Source: Candidatus Methylomirabilota bacterium | GTDB lineage: Bacteria; Methylomirabilota; Methylomirabilia; Rokubacteriales; CSP1-6 | Reading direction: 5' to 3' | Length of the DNA stretch: 59,697 nt | Assembly: GCA_035948165.1 (NCBI GenBank) | Contig: DASZJM010000158.1 | Coordinates: forward strand, 1-59,697 | Part shown: piece by piece, positions 1-10,519 of the stretch | Position numbering within the stretch: position 1 is the first letter of the stretch | Layout: every line of letters begins with the position of its first letter | The notes under the pieces: generated by a model | What the model saw: the letters and a program-made list of their open reading frames with translations, nothing else | Told to the model about the DNA's origin: nothing | Databases searched by the model: none | Translations under genes and position numbers: made by a program

Positions 1-1581
1 CACGATCTCGCGGATGCGCTCGGCGGCGGCGTAGATCTGCACGATCCACTCCCGCGTCTCGGCGGAGAGGCCCGGATCGTCGCGCAGCATGACCAGGCGC
101 CCCAGCACCAGGGTCAGCGGGTTGTTGATCTCGTGGGCGGCCGCGTTGGCGAGCTTGGCCATGCTGCGCAGCTCGTCGGCGGCGCGCTGCTCGGTGATGT
201 CGATCAGGGTGGTCTCGAAGTCGCCGCGCGGCGGGCCCGAGCTGCGGACCACGCTCGCGAGCACCCAGATGAGCCGCCCGTCGCGCCGACGGAGCTGCAG
301 CTCGACGTTGATCGCGGTCCCGTCCGCCTTCACCCGCTCCAGGAGCTGGTCGCGCTCCTTCGGCTGGGCGTAGAGCTCGCCCACGTTCGTGCCCAGCACG
401 TCGGCCGGCTGCTCGAAGCCCAGGATGCGGGCGAAGGCGGGGTTGCAGTCCACGATGCGCCCGTCCGCCATGGTGAGGCACATGCCGGCCGGATTGCGCT
501 CGAAGAGGGTGCGGTAGCGCTGCTCCGATTCGGCCAGCGCCGCGGAGCGCGCCTGCAGGAGTGCCATCGCGTCGTGGAGCGCGCCCTTCACCCCCGAGAG
601 CTCGGCGAGGGTGAAGTCCGGCAGCTCCGGCACCGTCTCGCCGCGGCCGAACGCGCTGAACGCGGCGGTGAGGCGCTGCAGGCGGCCGGCGAACCGCCGG
701 CCGGCCAGGTGGGCGAGGCCGAGCGAGAGCACGAGGGCGCCGACCGTCGCCGCGAACAGGAGGCCGAGCGAGCGGTGGAGCGGGCCCTCGAGCGACTGGC
801 GCGGGACCGCGATGCCCACCGTGAACTGCGACCACTTGGCGCGGCTGAACGCGGTGTAGGCGGTCGCCCCCTCGACGATGGGGCCGCCGGAGAAGACCGC
901 CTCCTCGTGCTCGCGCGTGCGCGAGACGAAGGCCGGCGCGGCGGGCGTGCCCACGCGCTGCTCCTGCCCCTGGGTGGTGGCCACCACGATGCCCTTGCGA
1001 TCCACGATGGTCCCGCCTGCGATGTCGGCGGCGGCGAGCACCGAGGCGAAGCTCTCCGGGGTCATCACCGCGACGAGGACCTGGCGGACCTTCCCCTCGC
1101 GCAGCAGAGGAAGGGTCACCGAGATCACCCAGCGGCCGGCGGCGGGGTCCATCTCCATGTCCGAGACATGCGGCTCGCCGGTCTGCAGCGTGCGCTGGAA
1201 GGTCCCGAGCGCGGCCACGCTCGGCAGCGGGCTCCCGAGCGGGCGCAGGAGGTTCAGCACCTGCCGGCCGGAGGGCTCGACGAGGGCCACGGTCAGCCAG
1301 CGCCGATAGGCCTCCCGCGCGAGCCGCGCCTCCTCGTAGAACCTCCGGAGGTCGCCGCCCGAGTCGAGGTCGGTCGAGGTCGCGAGGCCCTTCAGTCCCG
1401 CGAGCGAGGTCTCGACCTCGCGATCGACCGCCACCGTGAGGGAGCGGGCGTGGTAGAGGAGCGCCTGCTCCATGTTGCGCCGCTCGTCCTCGTGCGCCCA
1501 CCAGATCGCGAGGCCGGCCACCCCGAGCAACGGAACGAGAGTCAGAAAGATGATCGTGAGGAGGAAGGTCCGAAGCTTCAT
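1..1581 (-). CDS. sensor histidine kinase, 3'-truncated by the window edge (TM, Cache-like periplasmic domain, TM, PAS, HisKA H-box)
   Basis: Absent from the ORF track because it runs off the edge. My reverse-strand translation from ATG at 1581-1579 gives MKLRTFLLTIIFLTLVPLLG... It contains a PAS-like ESEQRYRTLFERNPAGM (around 480-540) and an H-box LANAAAHEINNPLT (around 100-160). The overlapping + ORF 133..2094 is an Arg/Ala/Gly-rich shadow. Confidence 0.85.
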   Translation of the reverse strand, partial: MKLRTFLLTIIFLTLVPLLGVAGLAIWWAHEDERRNMEQALLYHARSLTVAVDREVETSLAGLKGLATSTDLDSGGDLRRFYEEARLAREAYRRWLTVALVEPSGRQVLNLLRPLGSPLPSVAALGTFQRTLQTGEPHVSDMEMDPAAGRWVISVTLPLLREGKVRQVLVAVMTPESFASVLAAADIAGGTIVDRKGIVVATTQGQEQRVGTPAAPAFVSRTREHEEAVFSGGPIVEGATAYTAFSRAKWSQFTVGIAVPRQSLEGPLHRSLGLLFAATVGALVLSLGLAHLAGRRFAGRLQRLTAAFSAFGRGETVPELPDFTLAELSGVKGALHDAMALLQARSAALAESEQRYRTLFERNPAGMCLTMADGRIVDCNPAFARILGFEQPADVLGTNVGELYAQPKERDQLLERVKADGTAINVELQLRRRDGRLIWVLASVVRSSGPPRGDFETTLIDITEQRAADELRSMAKLANAAAHEINNPLTLVLGRLVMLRDDPGLSAETREWIVQIYAAAERIREIV

Positions 1582-1610
1582 GGGGCTTTGCAGAGAATAG
1601 GGAAAGTGAG

Positions 1611-1637
1611 GCGTCACGGCAAGCCGACTCGTGACGC
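1611..1637. promoter_or_regulatory. 8-bp inverted repeat GCGTCACG-N11-CGTGACGC in the divergent kinase/BVMO intergenic region (possible operator)
   Basis: Read directly: arms at 1611-1618 and 1630-1637. It sits in the 71-bp gap between the divergent starts at 1581 and 1653. A TATGCT -10-like hexamer follows at about 1652. Confidence 0.3.
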
Positions 1638-1652
1638 GGAACCCCCTCTGCT

Positions 1653-3296
<1,644 letters not shown>

Positions 3297-3372
3297 GGCT
3301 CACGTCGCGTAGTTCCGGCCGGCCAGAATGGGCTTGCCCCCTCGACGGGCGGGCGCCTACAGTCGAGTCAGC

Positions 3373-4629
3373 ATGAATATCCGCGTCCCGCTCATCCTCG
3401 CGCTGCTCGTGGGCGTGGCCGCCTGCGCGTCGCCGGTGCCGCCCGCGCGGGAGACCGGGCCGAAGGCCGCGGCGCCGGGGCCGCGCTTCATCGCGGGCGG
3501 GCCCGCCGCCGACGAGCTCGGCGCGGGGGCGGGCTACCCGAAGGGTGATCGCGCCACCTTCTACGACGTCCGGATGACGGTCGGTTCCCACAGCCACCTG
3601 GACGAGATCTTCCGGAGCCGGATCGTGCGCCGCGCGCCGACGCCGTCACACCTCGAGCGGGCCGCCGAGCCGCGCATCCCCGCGCTGGACGACTACCTGG
3701 AGAAGACCCTGACGACCGGGCTCCTGATCGCGCGAGACGAGACCATCCTGGTCGAGCGCTACCAGTACGACCGCACCGACGAGCAGCGCCTCACCTCCTG
3801 GTCGATGGCCAAGACGGTGACCGGCATGCTCGTGGGCATCGCGGTCGCCGAGGGGCGCATCCGCTCGGTCGACGACCCCGCGTCCACCTACGTGCCCGCG
3901 CTGGCCGGGCGTGAGTACGGGCGCACGTCGATCCGCCACCTGCTGCAGATGTCGTCGGGGGTGCGCTTCCGCGAGCAGTACAGCGGCAGCGACGACGTCA
4001 CGACGCTGGTGCTGAACACCTACATGCTGCGCGGTCCCGGCGGCCCGGGCGCGGTCGCGCTGTTCAACGACCGGCTGGTGCCGGCCGGCACCCGGTTCTC
4101 GTACTCCTCCGCGGAGGCCCAGGTGCTGGGGCTCGTCCTGCGGGGGGCGACCGGCGTCACGCCCGCCGACTATCTCGAGTCGCGGATCTGGCAGCCCATC
4201 GGCGCCGAGGCCGACGCCACGTGGCTCGTCGACAACGCGGGGCAGGAGGCCACCTTCTGCTGTCTCAACGCGGTACTGCGCGACTACGCGCGGCTCGGGC
4301 TGCTGCTGGCCCACGAGGGCAACTGGCGTGGCCGCCAGCTCATCCCCGCCGCGTGGATCCAGGAGGCGACCACCGTGCGCGCGGACCAGCCGCACCTGCG
4401 GCCCGGCACCGCGCACCCGACCTACGGCTACGGCTACCAGACGTGGATCCTGCCGGGTGAGCGCCGCATGTTCATGTTCTGGGGCGTGCGCGGCCAGCGC
4501 ATCTACGTCGACCCCCGCAGCAAGCTCGTCATGGTGAACACCGGCGCGCACCGGCAGTCCGTCGACGTGGGCCCGCTCGGGCAGATGGACGCGCTCTGGG
4601 CCGCGGTGGTGAGTCAGCTCGGCGGCTGA
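3373..4629 (+). CDS. beta-lactamase-fold serine hydrolase (class C / family VIII esterase-like), predicted lipoprotein
   Basis: ORF 3328..4629. ATG 3373 gives MNIRVPLILALLVGVAAC, a signal peptide with a lipobox. It has the S-x-x-K motif SWSMAKT and a Y-S-S motif in FSYSSAEAQ. Confidence 0.85.
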   Translation: MNIRVPLILALLVGVAACASPVPPARETGPKAAAPGPRFIAGGPAADELGAGAGYPKGDRATFYDVRMTVGSHSHLDEIFRSRIVRRAPTPSHLERAAEPRIPALDDYLEKTLTTGLLIARDETILVERYQYDRTDEQRLTSWSMAKTVTGMLVGIAVAEGRIRSVDDPASTYVPALAGREYGRTSIRHLLQMSSGVRFREQYSGSDDVTTLVLNTYMLRGPGGPGAVALFNDRLVPAGTRFSYSSAEAQVLGLVLRGATGVTPADYLESRIWQPIGAEADATWLVDNAGQEATFCCLNAVLRDYARLGLLLAHEGNWRGRQLIPAAWIQEATTVRADQPHLRPGTAHPTYGYGYQTWILPGERRMFMFWGVRGQRIYVDPRSKLVMVNTGAHRQSVDVGPLGQMDALWAAVVSQLGG

Positions 4630-4654
4630 GACACCGGCGGTGGGGAGGAGACAC

Positions 4655-5821
4655 ATGATCGTCGATCGACGGTGGGTGAAGCGGAACCTGGGGTTCGATC
4701 CGATCGAGCGGCCCGCGCCGGTCGAGACCTTTGCCTTCAAGCGGGCGGCGCGTCCGCGCAGCACCCCCGAGGACCTGCAGCGCGAGATCATCGATTTCGA
4801 CTCCCAGGCGCCGGAGGGCATGGCGTTCCTCGCCTTCACGACCGCCACCGGGCTCTCCCGGTTCACCGACATCCCGTGGCCCAAGGGGCTGGCTCCCACG
4901 ACCGGCCCGAAGCCGGGTGGGAGCGGCAAGGGCCCGCTGCCGCGCGCCGACGTGCTGGTCGTGACCTGGACGGTGGACGAGGGGCACGCGCTGAGCCGGG
5001 TGCTGACGCCGGGCAAGGACTCGCGTAACGACTACGTCGCCTACACCCACAACTACACGTCTATCTCGAAGCGGATGCGCAAGGGCGCCCCCGCGCTCAT
5101 CGCGAAGCGCCTGGGCGCGTACTGGACCACGACGATCGGCGGGAAGAAGGTGGTCGTCTTCAAGTCCGATTCCCACCTCTCGCAGGACACCCGGAAGCTG
5201 CCCGGGAAGAACGGGACGCTGCCCAACGAGGACGTCTGGAAGCAGATCATCACCGAGGTGCGCCCCAAGCTGGTCATCACCACCGGTACCGCGGGGGGAA
5301 TCGGCCGGCAATGCCAGGTGGGCGACGTGGTGGTCAGCCCGATCGTGCGGTTCGACTGCAAGCAGTGGCTCAAGACCGAGCCCTACCACGCCGCCGACTA
5401 CACCGCCGGGGCCACCCGGGCCAAGTACCTCGCCAAGGCCAGGACGCTCTTCAAGGCGAACGGCGGGCAGCTGCCGAAGGACAACCCGCGGGCGCCGAAG
5501 ATCGTCCGGAGCAAGGCGCCCGCGGCGGCCGTCCTGACCACGGATTTCTTCGGATTCGACACCTCGGACGACCACTACCGCCTCCAGGGCCTGGGCAGCG
5601 TGTCGGAGATGGGGGACGCGGTGCTGGGCCTGGTGATGAGCCGGATGGGCCCCGGGGCCCCTCGCTGGGTCGCGGTGCGCAACGTCTCCGATCCCCAGAT
5701 CAAGGCCGAGGGCACGCTGAGAGAGCAGGCGCATCTGGCCGGGCAGATCTACAAGGGATTCGGCCGGTGGAGCTCGATCTGCAGCGCGATCGTCTGCTGG
5801 GCCCTGATCGCGGCGGAGTAG
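4655..5821 (+). CDS. MTAN/PNP-fold (PNP_UDP_1-like) nucleosidase/phosphorylase family protein with an unknown ~95-aa N-terminal extension
   Basis: ORF 4640..5821. ATG 4655 is preceded by GGAGGAG at 4644-4650. The motifs VITTGTAGGI, SEMGDAVL and VRNVSDP resemble the MTAN motifs INTGSAGGL, DMESAA and RxISD. The assignment rests on motif memory, not a search. Confidence 0.65.
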   Translation: MIVDRRWVKRNLGFDPIERPAPVETFAFKRAARPRSTPEDLQREIIDFDSQAPEGMAFLAFTTATGLSRFTDIPWPKGLAPTTGPKPGGSGKGPLPRADVLVVTWTVDEGHALSRVLTPGKDSRNDYVAYTHNYTSISKRMRKGAPALIAKRLGAYWTTTIGGKKVVVFKSDSHLSQDTRKLPGKNGTLPNEDVWKQIITEVRPKLVITTGTAGGIGRQCQVGDVVVSPIVRFDCKQWLKTEPYHAADYTAGATRAKYLAKARTLFKANGGQLPKDNPRAPKIVRSKAPAAAVLTTDFFGFDTSDDHYRLQGLGSVSEMGDAVLGLVMSRMGPGAPRWVAVRNVSDPQIKAEGTLREQAHLAGQIYKGFGRWSSICSAIVCWALIAAE

Positions 5822-5914
5822 GCGGCCCCGGGCGGCGAGCATCTACTTCGGCGGCGCCTCCGGCGCCATGCTAGACTCCCGCGCATTCCATCGACCGAGA
5901 CGGGAGGATCGATC

Positions 5915-7102
5915 ATGAGCCCTCGCGTGAAGCTGTCCATCTCGACCATCGTCATCGCGGTCCTGTGCGGCGCCATGGCCAGCCTCGCCGCCGACCCGCC
6001 CATCTCGATCGGCGTCTCGGTGGCCCAGACCGGGCCGGTCGCCCTCGCGGGGCAGGAGCAGGTGCTCGGCGCGCAGATCGCCGAGGACTACTTCAACAAG
6101 CACGGCGGGGTCAACGGCCGTCCGATCAAGCTGATCTTCCAGGACGGCGGCAGCGACGAGCCCACCGCCATCAACGCCTTCCAGAACCTGATCAACGTGG
6201 CCAAGGTCGTGGGGATCATGGGGCCGAGCCTGTCCCAGCAGGCCTTCGCGGCCGATCCCTTCGCGGTCCGGGCCAAGGTCCCGGTGATCGGGCCCTCCAA
6301 CACCGCCAAGGGCATCGCCCAGATCGGCGAGTTCGTCTCCCGCGTGTCGTCGCCGGTGGCGATCGTGGCCCCCAACGCGGTGAAGGCGGCGATGGAGATC
6401 AACCGGGACCTCAAGAAGGTCGCGGTGCTGTACGCCCAGAACGACGCCTTCAACAAGTCGGAGACCGAGACGTTCCAGCAGGCGGTGAAGGACCTCAAGC
6501 TGGACCTGGCCACCGTGCAGACCTTCCAGACCACCGACACCGACTTCACCGCGCAGATCACGAACGTGCTCAACGTGAAGCCGGACCTCGTGATCGTCTC
6601 CGGCCTGCAGGTGGACGGGGCCAACCTGGTGAAGCAGCTCCGCGACCTGGGTTACAAGGGCCTGATCGTGGGCGGCAACGGGGTGAACACCGCCGCCATC
6701 TTCCCGATCTGCAAGGCCAAGTGCGACGGCATCCTGATCGCGCAGGCCTACAGCCCGGCCTACAAGAGCAAGATCAACGACGAGTTCAAGTCGGTGTACA
6801 AGGACAAGCAGAAGAAGGACCCGCCGCAGTTCAGCGCCCAGGCCTTCACCGGCATCCAGGTGTTCGTGGAGGCGCTGCGGGCGCTGGACAAGAAGTCGCC
6901 GATCGCCAAGATGGACCTGGCCACGCTCCGGGTCGAGCTGAACAAGCAGCTCATCTCCGGCACCTACGACACCCCGCTGGGGGAGATCTCGTTCACCACC
7001 GGTCCGGGAATGGGCGGGGAGATCGTCCAGAAGCAGGCCTACGTGGCGCAGATCAAGATGGACCCCGACGGCACCAAGGGCACGTTCGTCTTCGTCAAGT
7101 AG
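5915..7102 (+). CDS. ABC transporter substrate-binding protein, branched-chain amino acid (LivJ/K-like) family
   Basis: 395-aa ORF with a signal peptide and a Leu/Ile/Val-binding-type periplasmic domain. SD GGGAGGA lies upstream of ATG 5915. It is followed by livHMGF-type genes. Confidence 0.85.
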   Translation: MSPRVKLSISTIVIAVLCGAMASLAADPPISIGVSVAQTGPVALAGQEQVLGAQIAEDYFNKHGGVNGRPIKLIFQDGGSDEPTAINAFQNLINVAKVVGIMGPSLSQQAFAADPFAVRAKVPVIGPSNTAKGIAQIGEFVSRVSSPVAIVAPNAVKAAMEINRDLKKVAVLYAQNDAFNKSETETFQQAVKDLKLDLATVQTFQTTDTDFTAQITNVLNVKPDLVIVSGLQVDGANLVKQLRDLGYKGLIVGGNGVNTAAIFPICKAKCDGILIAQAYSPAYKSKINDEFKSVYKDKQKKDPPQFSAQAFTGIQVFVEALRALDKKSPIAKMDLATLRVELNKQLISGTYDTPLGEISFTTGPGMGGEIVQKQAYVAQIKMDPDGTKGTFVFVK

Positions 7103-8049
7103 TGAACCGGACGTTCCTGCTCCAGCAGGTGCTGAACGGCCTCGCCATCGGGAGCGTGTACGCCATCTTCGCCCTCGGCTACACGCTCATCTTCTCGGTC
7201 CTCCGCATCATCAACTTCACCCACGGCGCGATCTTCACCATCGGGGCCTACGCCACCTACGCGCTGACCGGCTCGCAGTTCGGCATCAACGGGCTGCTGG
7301 CCGGCGCCGCCCTGCCGTTCGGGCTCCCGTTCGTCCTGGCCCTCCTGGGCGGCTCGCTGGTGGCGGCCCTCTGCGGGGTCATCGTCGAGCGCCTCGCGTT
7401 CCGGCCGCTGCGCGCGCGGGGCGCCGACCCGCTGCTCACCCTGGTCTCGAGCCTCGGGGTGGCGGTCGCGCTCGTCAACATCACCCAGTATCTCTTCGGG
7501 GCCGAGCCGTACTCCTATCCCGATCCCCTCCAGGGGCTGCCGAGCGCGATCAACTTCGGCACCGCGGCGGCGCCGGTGCTGGTGCGCACGGTCCAGGTGG
7601 TGATCTTCGCGGTGTCGATGGTGATGCTGGTGCTCCTCACCTACCTGATGAACGCCACCCGCACCGGCAAGGCGCTCCGGGCGGTGGCGGAGGACATGAC
7701 CACCTCGAGCCTCCTCGGGATCGACACCGATCGGCTCGTCCTCCTGACGTTCGTGATCAGCGGCTTCCTCGGCGGGGTGACCGGGACCCTCATCGGGCTG
7801 AGCGTCGGCGTGGCCGGCCCGTACTTCGGGATCGCCTTCGGGCTCAAGGGCCTCGCGGTGATCGTGCTCGGCGGTCTCGGCGACATCCCGGGGGCGGTGG
7901 TGGGCGGCCTCGTCATCGGCCTCGCGGAGGCGTTCGTGCCCGCGCAGTACATCGCGTACCGCGAGGCGGTGCCCTTCGCGCTCCTGTTCGTGGTGCTGCT
8001 GGTGCGGCCGCAAGGGCTGCTGGGCCGCGCGCAGGTGCAGAAGGTCTAG
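7102..8049 (+). CDS. livH: branched-chain amino acid ABC transporter permease (LivH-type)
   Basis: GTG 7102 overlaps the upstream TAG by 1 nt and lies in frame with track ORF 5965..8049. The translation VNRTFLLQQVLNGLAIGSVYAIFALGYTLIF is typical of LivH. Confidence 0.9.
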   Translation: MNRTFLLQQVLNGLAIGSVYAIFALGYTLIFSVLRIINFTHGAIFTIGAYATYALTGSQFGINGLLAGAALPFGLPFVLALLGGSLVAALCGVIVERLAFRPLRARGADPLLTLVSSLGVAVALVNITQYLFGAEPYSYPDPLQGLPSAINFGTAAAPVLVRTVQVVIFAVSMVMLVLLTYLMNATRTGKALRAVAEDMTTSSLLGIDTDRLVLLTFVISGFLGGVTGTLIGLSVGVAGPYFGIAFGLKGLAVIVLGGLGDIPGAVVGGLVIGLAEAFVPAQYIAYREAVPFALLFVVLLVRPQGLLGRAQVQKV

Positions 8050-8055
8050 GCCCGC

Positions 8056-8991
8056 GTGGCCACCTTCCTCGCGACCTACGACTTCCTGCTGGTCTCGATG
8101 GTGCTGGCCGCGGTGCTGGCCCTCACCCTCTACCTGCCGCTGATGGCGGGGCAGCTCTCGGTGGCGAGCCCGGGCTTCTACGCCCTCGGCGGCTACATCG
8201 CGGCGATCATGTCCACCAGGATCTTCCCGCCCGGCCCCGGCCTCTATCCGGTCTCGCTGGTGCTGCTCGAGATGGTGGTCGCGGCGGTGGTCTCGGGCGT
8301 GCTCGGCCTCGCGGTGGGGCTGCCCGCGCTCCGGCTGCGCGGCATCTTCCTGGCGCTGGCCACCATCGCCTTCGTGCAGATCCTGGGGGTGGTGGCCCTC
8401 AACCTGAACGTGACCGGCGGCGCGATCGGGATCTTCGGGATCCCGCAGCCGTTCTCGAGCGCGCTCCAGTACATGTGGCTCGCCGTCCCGCTGCTCGTGG
8501 TGTCGATGCTGTTCGTGGCGCGGCTCGAGCGCACCCGCACCGGGCGCGCGCTGGCGGCGCTGCGGGAGGACGAGCTGGCCGCCGCGGCCATGGGCATCGA
8601 CCCGACCTACCACAAGGTCCTCGCGTTCACCACGAGCGCGGTGCTGGCCGGGGCGGTGGGGGCGGTCAGCGCGCACTTCATCAACACGTGGAACTCGCGG
8701 CAGGGGACGTTCGACACCAGCGTCAACCTGATGGCCTTCGTGCTCGTGGGCGGATCGCGCACGTTCGTGGGCCCGGTGGTGGGCGGGCTCGTGCTCACCG
8801 CGCTGCCGGAGGCGCTCCGCGGGATCGCCGGCGTGGGGGGGCTACCCGAGTGGCTCGCCGCGTTCCTGCGCGACGGGCGGCTCATCATCTTCGGGGTCCT
8901 GATCGCGATCGGCACCGTGTTCTTCCCCAACGGGCTGATCACCCCCGGGCTCCTCCGCCGCCTGGTCCGGCGCCGGGCGCGTCCCGGATGA
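8056..8991 (+). CDS. livM: branched-chain amino acid ABC transporter permease (LivM-type)
   Basis: 311-aa polytopic membrane ORF with a GTG start, located between the LivH-like and LivG-like genes. Confidence 0.9.
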   Translation: MATFLATYDFLLVSMVLAAVLALTLYLPLMAGQLSVASPGFYALGGYIAAIMSTRIFPPGPGLYPVSLVLLEMVVAAVVSGVLGLAVGLPALRLRGIFLALATIAFVQILGVVALNLNVTGGAIGIFGIPQPFSSALQYMWLAVPLLVVSMLFVARLERTRTGRALAALREDELAAAAMGIDPTYHKVLAFTTSAVLAGAVGAVSAHFINTWNSRQGTFDTSVNLMAFVLVGGSRTFVGPVVGGLVLTALPEALRGIAGVGGLPEWLAAFLRDGRLIIFGVLIAIGTVFFPNGLITPGLLRRLVRRRARPG

Positions 8992-9794
8992 GCGGCGCGC
9001 CCGGGCCCGCCGCGGACCCACTGCCCGCCGCGGACCTGTTGACGGTGGAGCGGGTCACGTGCCAGTTCGGCGGGGTCACCGCGGTCAACGAGGTCTCGTT
9101 CGCGGTCGGTCGCGGCGAGCTCTTCGGGCTCATCGGGCCCAACGGGGCCGGCAAGACCACGCTCTTCAATTTGATCACCGGCCTCACCGCGCCGAGCGGC
9201 GGGCACCTCCGCTACCGGGGCGAGGACATCACCGGCCTGCCGCCCCACCGGGTGGCGAAGCGTGGGATCGCCCGCACCTTCCAGAACGTGCGCCTCTTCG
9301 GCGAGCTGTCCGCGCTCGACAACGTGATGATCGCGCGCCACGTGCGCACCCACAGCGGGCTCGTGAGCGGCGTGCTCGGCCTGGGCCCGGCCCGGCGGGA
9401 GGAGCGCGAGACGCGCGAGCGCGCGACCGCGCTCCTCGCCCTCGTCGGCCTCGCCGACCGGCCCGACGAGCGCGCGCGGAACTTCGCCTACGGCGACCAG
9501 CGGCGGCTCGAGATCGCGCGCGCCCTGGCCCTCGAGCCCGAGCTGCTCCTGCTCGACGAGCCGGCGGCCGGCATGAACGCGGGCGAGAAGCGCGCGCTGA
9601 GCGAGCTGATCCGCAGCGTGCGCGCCCGCCTGAGCCTGACCGTCTTGCTGATCGAGCACTACGTGCCGCTGGTCATGAATCTCTGCGACCGCATCGCGGT
9701 GCTGAACTTCGGCCAGCTCATCGCCCTGGGCCCGCCCGCCCTGGTGCAGAAGCACCCCGCGGTGGTCGAGGCCTACCTGGGGGACGGCGCGTGA
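8988..9794 (+). CDS. livG: ABC transporter ATP-binding protein (LivG-type)
   Basis: ATG 8988 overlaps the livM stop (ATGA). It has Walker A GPNGAGKTT and lies in frame with track ORF 8475..9794. Confidence 0.9.
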   Translation: MSGAPGPAADPLPAADLLTVERVTCQFGGVTAVNEVSFAVGRGELFGLIGPNGAGKTTLFNLITGLTAPSGGHLRYRGEDITGLPPHRVAKRGIARTFQNVRLFGELSALDNVMIARHVRTHSGLVSGVLGLGPARREERETRERATALLALVGLADRPDERARNFAYGDQRRLEIARALALEPELLLLDEPAAGMNAGEKRALSELIRSVRARLSLTVLLIEHYVPLVMNLCDRIAVLNFGQLIALGPPALVQKHPAVVEAYLGDGA

Positions 9795-10519
9795 GCCCCG
9801 CGGTGGCCGGCGCGCCCCTGCTCGCGGTCGAGAACCTCACCATCCGCTACGGCCGGGTGCAAGCCCTCGAGCAGGTGAGCCTCGAGGTCCACCCCGGGGA
9901 GGTGGTGACCCTCATCGGGGCGAACGGGGCGGGCAAGAGCACGACGCTGCGCTCGATCTCGCGGATCATCCCCATCCATCGGGGGCGCATCGCCTTCGAC
10001 GCGCGCGACATCAGCGTGGCGCGGCCGAGCGACGTGGTCCGGATGGGCATCGCGCAGGTGCCCGAGGGCCGCCGCATGCTCGCCCGCCAGAGCGTGGTCG
10101 ACAACCTCCTGCTCGGCGCCTACACGCGCGCCGACGGCGCCGAGATCCAGGCCGACCTCGAGCGCCAGTTCGCGCGCTTCCCGCGCCTGGCCGAGCGGCG
10201 GCACCAGATGGCGGGTACCCTCAGCGGCGGCGAGCAGCAGATGCTCGCGATCGCCCGCGCCCTCATGAGCCGTCCCCGCCTGCTGCTGCTGGACGAGCCG
10301 TCGCTCGGCCTGGCCCCCCTGATCGTGCGCGCCATCTTCCAGATCATCCGCGACCTGCACGCGGCGGGGGTCACCATCCTGCTCGTCGAGCAGAACGCGA
10401 GCCTGGCGCTCCAGATCGCGGACCGCGCCTACGTGCTGGAGGCGGGCCGCCTGACGATCTCGGGCCCCGCCGCCGAGCTCCTGAGCGACGAGCGGGTGCA
10501 GCGCGCCTACCTCGGGTAG
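9791..10519 (+). CDS. livF: ABC transporter ATP-binding protein (LivF-type)
   Basis: GTG 9791 overlaps the livG stop (GTGA). It has Walker A GANGAGKST and signature LSGGEQQ. Confidence 0.9.
   Translation: MSPAVAGAPLLAVENLTIRYGRVQALEQVSLEVHPGEVVTLIGANGAGKSTTLRSISRIIPIHRGRIAFDARDISVARPSDVVRMGIAQVPEGRRMLARQSVVDNLLLGAYTRADGAEIQADLERQFARFPRLAERRHQMAGTLSGGEQQMLAIARALMSRPRLLLLDEPSLGLAPLIVRAIFQIIRDLHAAGVTILLVEQNASLALQIADRAYVLEAGRLTISGPAAELLSDERVQRAYLG

Noticed and set aside
5851-5877. A promoter for the liv operon (TAGACT at 5872-5877) and the GGCGCC-TCC-GGCGCC palindrome upstream of it.
   Set aside because: No acceptable -35 hexamer lies at 16-19 nt. GGCGCC is self-complementary and common in GC-rich DNA. 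It is mentioned only as part of the TAGnnT motif observation.
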